The translations under genes were made by a program, and so were the position numbers. A stretch of DNA of 63,312 bases, the filler included, from Guillardia theta CCMP2712 (taxonomy: Eukaryota > Protista > Cryptophyta), in the NCBI RefSeq assembly GCF_000315625.1. It is 3 parts of 3 records of this genome, joined end to end, with 100 filler letters (N's around TTAATTAATTAA, not from the genome) between each part and the next. Parts side by side here need not be neighbours in the genome. Positions count along the whole stretch, not along the records: positions 32,523 to 63,312 come from NW_005434387.1; 2 more parts are not named here. One strand, given 5' to 3'. Shown here piece by piece: positions 59,960 to 63,312 of the stretch. Positions within the stretch are counted from its first letter, which is position 1, and every line of letters starts with the position of its first letter. The notes under the pieces were generated by a model. That model made no database searches. It was not told the DNA's origin and worked only from the letters and a program-made list of their open reading frames with translations.

Positions 59960-61063
59960 AGCTCGCCATGCCGGATCTGCCAGTGTCTCTCCCTGACCCC
60001 TTCCCGCCTGTCCACATCGTCACGAATCCATCGCATCCCACAGCAACAAGTGGAAGTACTTTGAGGCTGCAGGGTCGTCTGCGCGTTGGAAGGATGCATG
60101 ATCTGCCTCACAGCGTTCTTGAACCGCGCCTCCTCCGCGAACTTGAGGGCCAGCCTCTCCAGGAAGTCAGCGTTCTCAATCTGCGGGGACGGACGGTCAG
60201 TGGGAGCCGGCATGTTCAGGGAGTTGCTACAAGGTCAGGCAGCTCTTTCAGATCTGCTACCCCGAGGTCGTTGACCAGCCTGTCATGATATTGACTGCGA
60301 GCAGATTTCAGCAAGGTCAGTTGGAGCCGAGCAAGGGAGGGCATGTTGCATCAAGGTACCTCAAATGGATCTTTTCCAGGAAGGTAATCAGCGCTGCTAT
60401 CTTGTTCTCCGCCTCCTCGTCTCTTGACACTCCATCCATCTTCTTTCTCAGCTTCTTCACCATCAGTCCGTCTAGCCCAATGTGTTCCTCCATCTCGTCG
60501 TCCTCCATGGCGCGCAGAAGGTCCCCGTCAACCTCCTTGGATCGGATGTTGTTCAGAACCTTCTTCTTCTCGGTAACACATTCCTTGAAGAACACGATCG
60601 TGTCTTCTACCGTCCAGGAGCTCATCGGCTTCGTTCGGTATGCTGGCGGGGGTTTCTTGGACGCCAACCCTGTCGATGCTGTCTTGCTGAACATGTCGAG
60701 CCACAGGCCAAGTCTGTTCGATGCAAAAGTCACGTTATCCTCCTCTTCGCTCCCGCCCTCCTCCCCTCCTTTAACTCTGATGCCTTTCCCTCCACGACTA
60801 TCCTTTCCAGCCAATTTCTCGTCTCCAGTCCATAGGCTACGTCATGTGGCGCGAACTTCTGCATACAGCTCTCTTCCAACCAGCTTCACTGCTCGTCCCC
60901 GAAATGCTCTGCTTCCCCTTCTTCTGCTCTTGCTTTCCTTAAGCAGACTTGTTGGTTTAGATTCTCCTGCTTCTCTTCCTGAAGTTACCATTGTGCTGCT
61001 GTTGATCTTGCACACATCGCAGCACTGCTGCTCAACGTTACTCTCCTCTGGTTTGAAACTCAT
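59960..61063 (-). CDS. SAM-domain protein
   Basis: PMSSWTVEDTIVFFKE..IRSKEVDGDLLRAMEDDEMEEHIGLDGLMVKKL is a SAM signature; N-terminal CDVC; possible second SAM-like segment. Confidence 0.7.
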
Positions 61064-61618
61064 GATAGCCCACCCTGCTACTGATGCTGCTTACTAACGC
61101 TTCTTCTTCTCCTGATCCTCTCCTGATCCTGATCCTCCCCTCCCTCCTCCTCCTCCTCCTCCTCCTCCTCCTCCTCCTCCTCCTCCTCCTCCTCCTCCGC
61201 TACTTTTCGTTGAAAGATGCTCCTGTCAAATTTTCGAGGCACCCGTCATATTGACAATAAAGGTTTATAATGAATAATTGTGCTCCATCTATAGTGAAAG
61301 TAAGGGATTTGTTAGTTAAAAGGCCTCTTAGTGAAGTTTCATAATAGGCTTTGTAGTCAATACAAGATGCACGCGTGGCTTATCACCCATAGCGACTACC
61401 CCTGACACGTACCCACCCCCTCATCTGAGTACCCCACCCCCTTCAAATGTATCCTGCCAATCGTAATTCGTTTTGAGAGCGTCGTCACTAATAGACCCAC
61501 TAACAGAAAGATCGAGTTTTTTGCTGCCCTCCAAAGCCTCCTATCGCCAATTCGGGAAAAATGGAAAGGGTGGGGTAGTATGGATACCCCCTACCCTCCT
61601 GCGAGACTGTGAGCCGCC

Positions 61619-63312
61619 ATGATGATGGAGGAGTTCGACGATGGCCTTGATGCAGCCAACATCGCGGCAGCACAGGCAAGGGAGGAGGGAGGNNNNNNNN
61701 NNNNNNNNNNNNNNNNNNNNNNNNNNNNNNNNNNNNNNNNNNNNNNNNNNNNNNNNNNNNNNNNNNNNNNNNNNNNNNNNNNNNNNNNNNNNAGGAGGAG
61801 GAGGAGGAGGAGGAGGAGGAGGAGGAGAAGGAAGGAGGGAGAGCGTGTGAGAGGAGGATAAGGAGGAGGAGGGCGGGCAACGAGGTGGGAAAGGCGAATT
61901 AGAAGGTGGGTCAAGTCCTTGAGGACGAGGAGGATGGAAGAAGTTTAGATGCAAGGAGGGGAAGGAAGTCTGTGGTCCTAGTGCTGATGAACCCAACAGG
62001 ATCTATCCCGCCAGCACTACCTGGGCGGGGAGTATGACATGCCTGAGGACGAGTACAAGTGAGTCATACCGACCCTTAGTTTGATCTTTTCCTCCCTTGG
62101 GAGGATGTTGCTTGTGTCGGCTGATCATAGTCGGCAGCGACTATGCCGCTCAGTACGACCCGCACTTCACCATGCCCCAGTATGTGGCGGACTTTCTCAG
62201 GGAGTTCCAAGACCTGATTCATCGGTAATGACTTGACTGTTGCAATGAGGAGAGGACGATGGGGTCGAGCGACCAAGTTATGATGATGAAGTTATGATGA
62301 TGAAGTTATGATGATGAAGTTATGATGATGAAGTTTTGATGATGGATATGATGATGGATATGATGAATTTGGAGCCGATGATTATGATGATGATCGTGGT
62401 GTTGGTGTGGATGGTGTCGGTAGTGACAATTGTTGTTGTATTGTTGTTTCCTGATCTCATATATGCAGAGATGTCTACGTACAAGAGAAGGACGAGTACG
62501 GAGAGATCATCGGTTACAAGCCTGACCCTCTCGTCCGTGAGCAGAAGCTGAACAGCATCCGTGAATGTGAGTACTAGCACGAGGAATGCAGAGAAAACTT
62601 GGCAAGGTGGCTGTGAAAACGAAGATGTCTGATATCCTCCATTTCATAGGCTACGAGGTCAGGTTCAGCAGCATCTCGGACAGGTCTGACGATCCTCCAT
62701 TTGCCTGTCCCACTCGTGTTGATCGTCACTGCAGATTCTACAAGCAGCAGCCCTGGCCCCACCCGATCGAGCAAGTCGCTCCTCTGGTGGAGAATGACGA
62801 TGTCTTCATCATGCTCTACAAGGTTGAGATCCTTTCCTTTCTTCCTTCCTCCTCCTCCTCCTCCTCCTCCTCCTCCTCCTCCTTTCCTTTCTTTCCCATT
62901 TCCTGCCTTGTTTGTTTTCCCACTTCTTTCGTTTCCGTCTTGTCTCTGAATGTGTAACTTTGGGCCAACAGGAGCTTTACTTCCGTCACATGTACGCGAG
63001 ACTGGGACAGGCGATCTCGATTGAGCAGGTGGGAAAGAGGAGGAGGATTAGGAGGAGGAGGAGAAGGAGGGAGAGCAGGATCAGTAGTAGTAGTAGGAGG
63101 AAGAGTAGGAGGAGTAGTAGTAGGAGGAGAAAGAGTAGTAGTAGTAGTAGGAGGAGGAGGAGGAGAAAGAGTAGTAGTAGTAGTAGGAGGAGGAGGAGGA
63201 GGAAGAGTAGGAGTAGTAGTAGTAGTAGTAGGAGGAGGAGGAGGAGGAGGAGTAGGAGTAGTAGTAGTAGTAGTAGGAGGAGGAGGAGGAGAGTGGAAAG
63301 AGTTGGTGGTGG
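61619..63312 (+). CDS. EIF3L: Eukaryotic translation initiation factor 3 subunit L, 5' part (continues beyond window)
   Basis: Exons YEVRFSSISDR-FYKQQPWPHPIEQVAPLVENDDVFIMLYK-ELYFRHMYARL match the eIF3L conserved block. Confidence 0.88.

Overview
Eukaryotic, intron-rich draft-genome window. It has short ~40-60 nt GT-AG introns, microsatellite-filled introns, N-gaps with TTAATTAATTAA spacers and bipartite signal peptides, so it looks like a cryptophyte nuclear scaffold such as Guillardia theta (inference). It has two parts. (1) 1-14950 is an accessory block. A dense cluster of mostly intronless, virus-like small genes fills 1-8750 (Bro-like/T5orf172 GIY-YIG protein, J-like coiled-coil protein, Cys-rich membrane protein, CaaX protein, tiny TM ORFs), separated by short tandem repeats. 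This cluster includes a Fanzor/TnpB C-terminal remnant followed by a three-hairpin omegaRNA-like tail inside interleaved direct repeats. Next comes an apparently intact, 3-intron Crypton(S)-type tyrosine recombinase gene pointing into the cluster. Its outer flank abuts a ~330-bp palindrome-rich tandem satellite. Leading hypothesis: a giant, Starship-like cargo element captained by a Crypton recombinase and inserted in the satellite, with its other end outside the window. (2) 15050-63312 holds ordinary host genes: PDZ-C2-WW protein, UVR-domain protein, carbonyl reductase, adenylate kinase-EF-hand fusion, RING-MBD-LysM protein, ankyrin protein, MFS transporter, SAM protein and eIF3L. These are interspersed with a dispersed ~68-bp repeat and odd GC-rich 'stuttered' islands that abut broken gene fragments. 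All domain calls come from reading motifs by eye; no searches were run.
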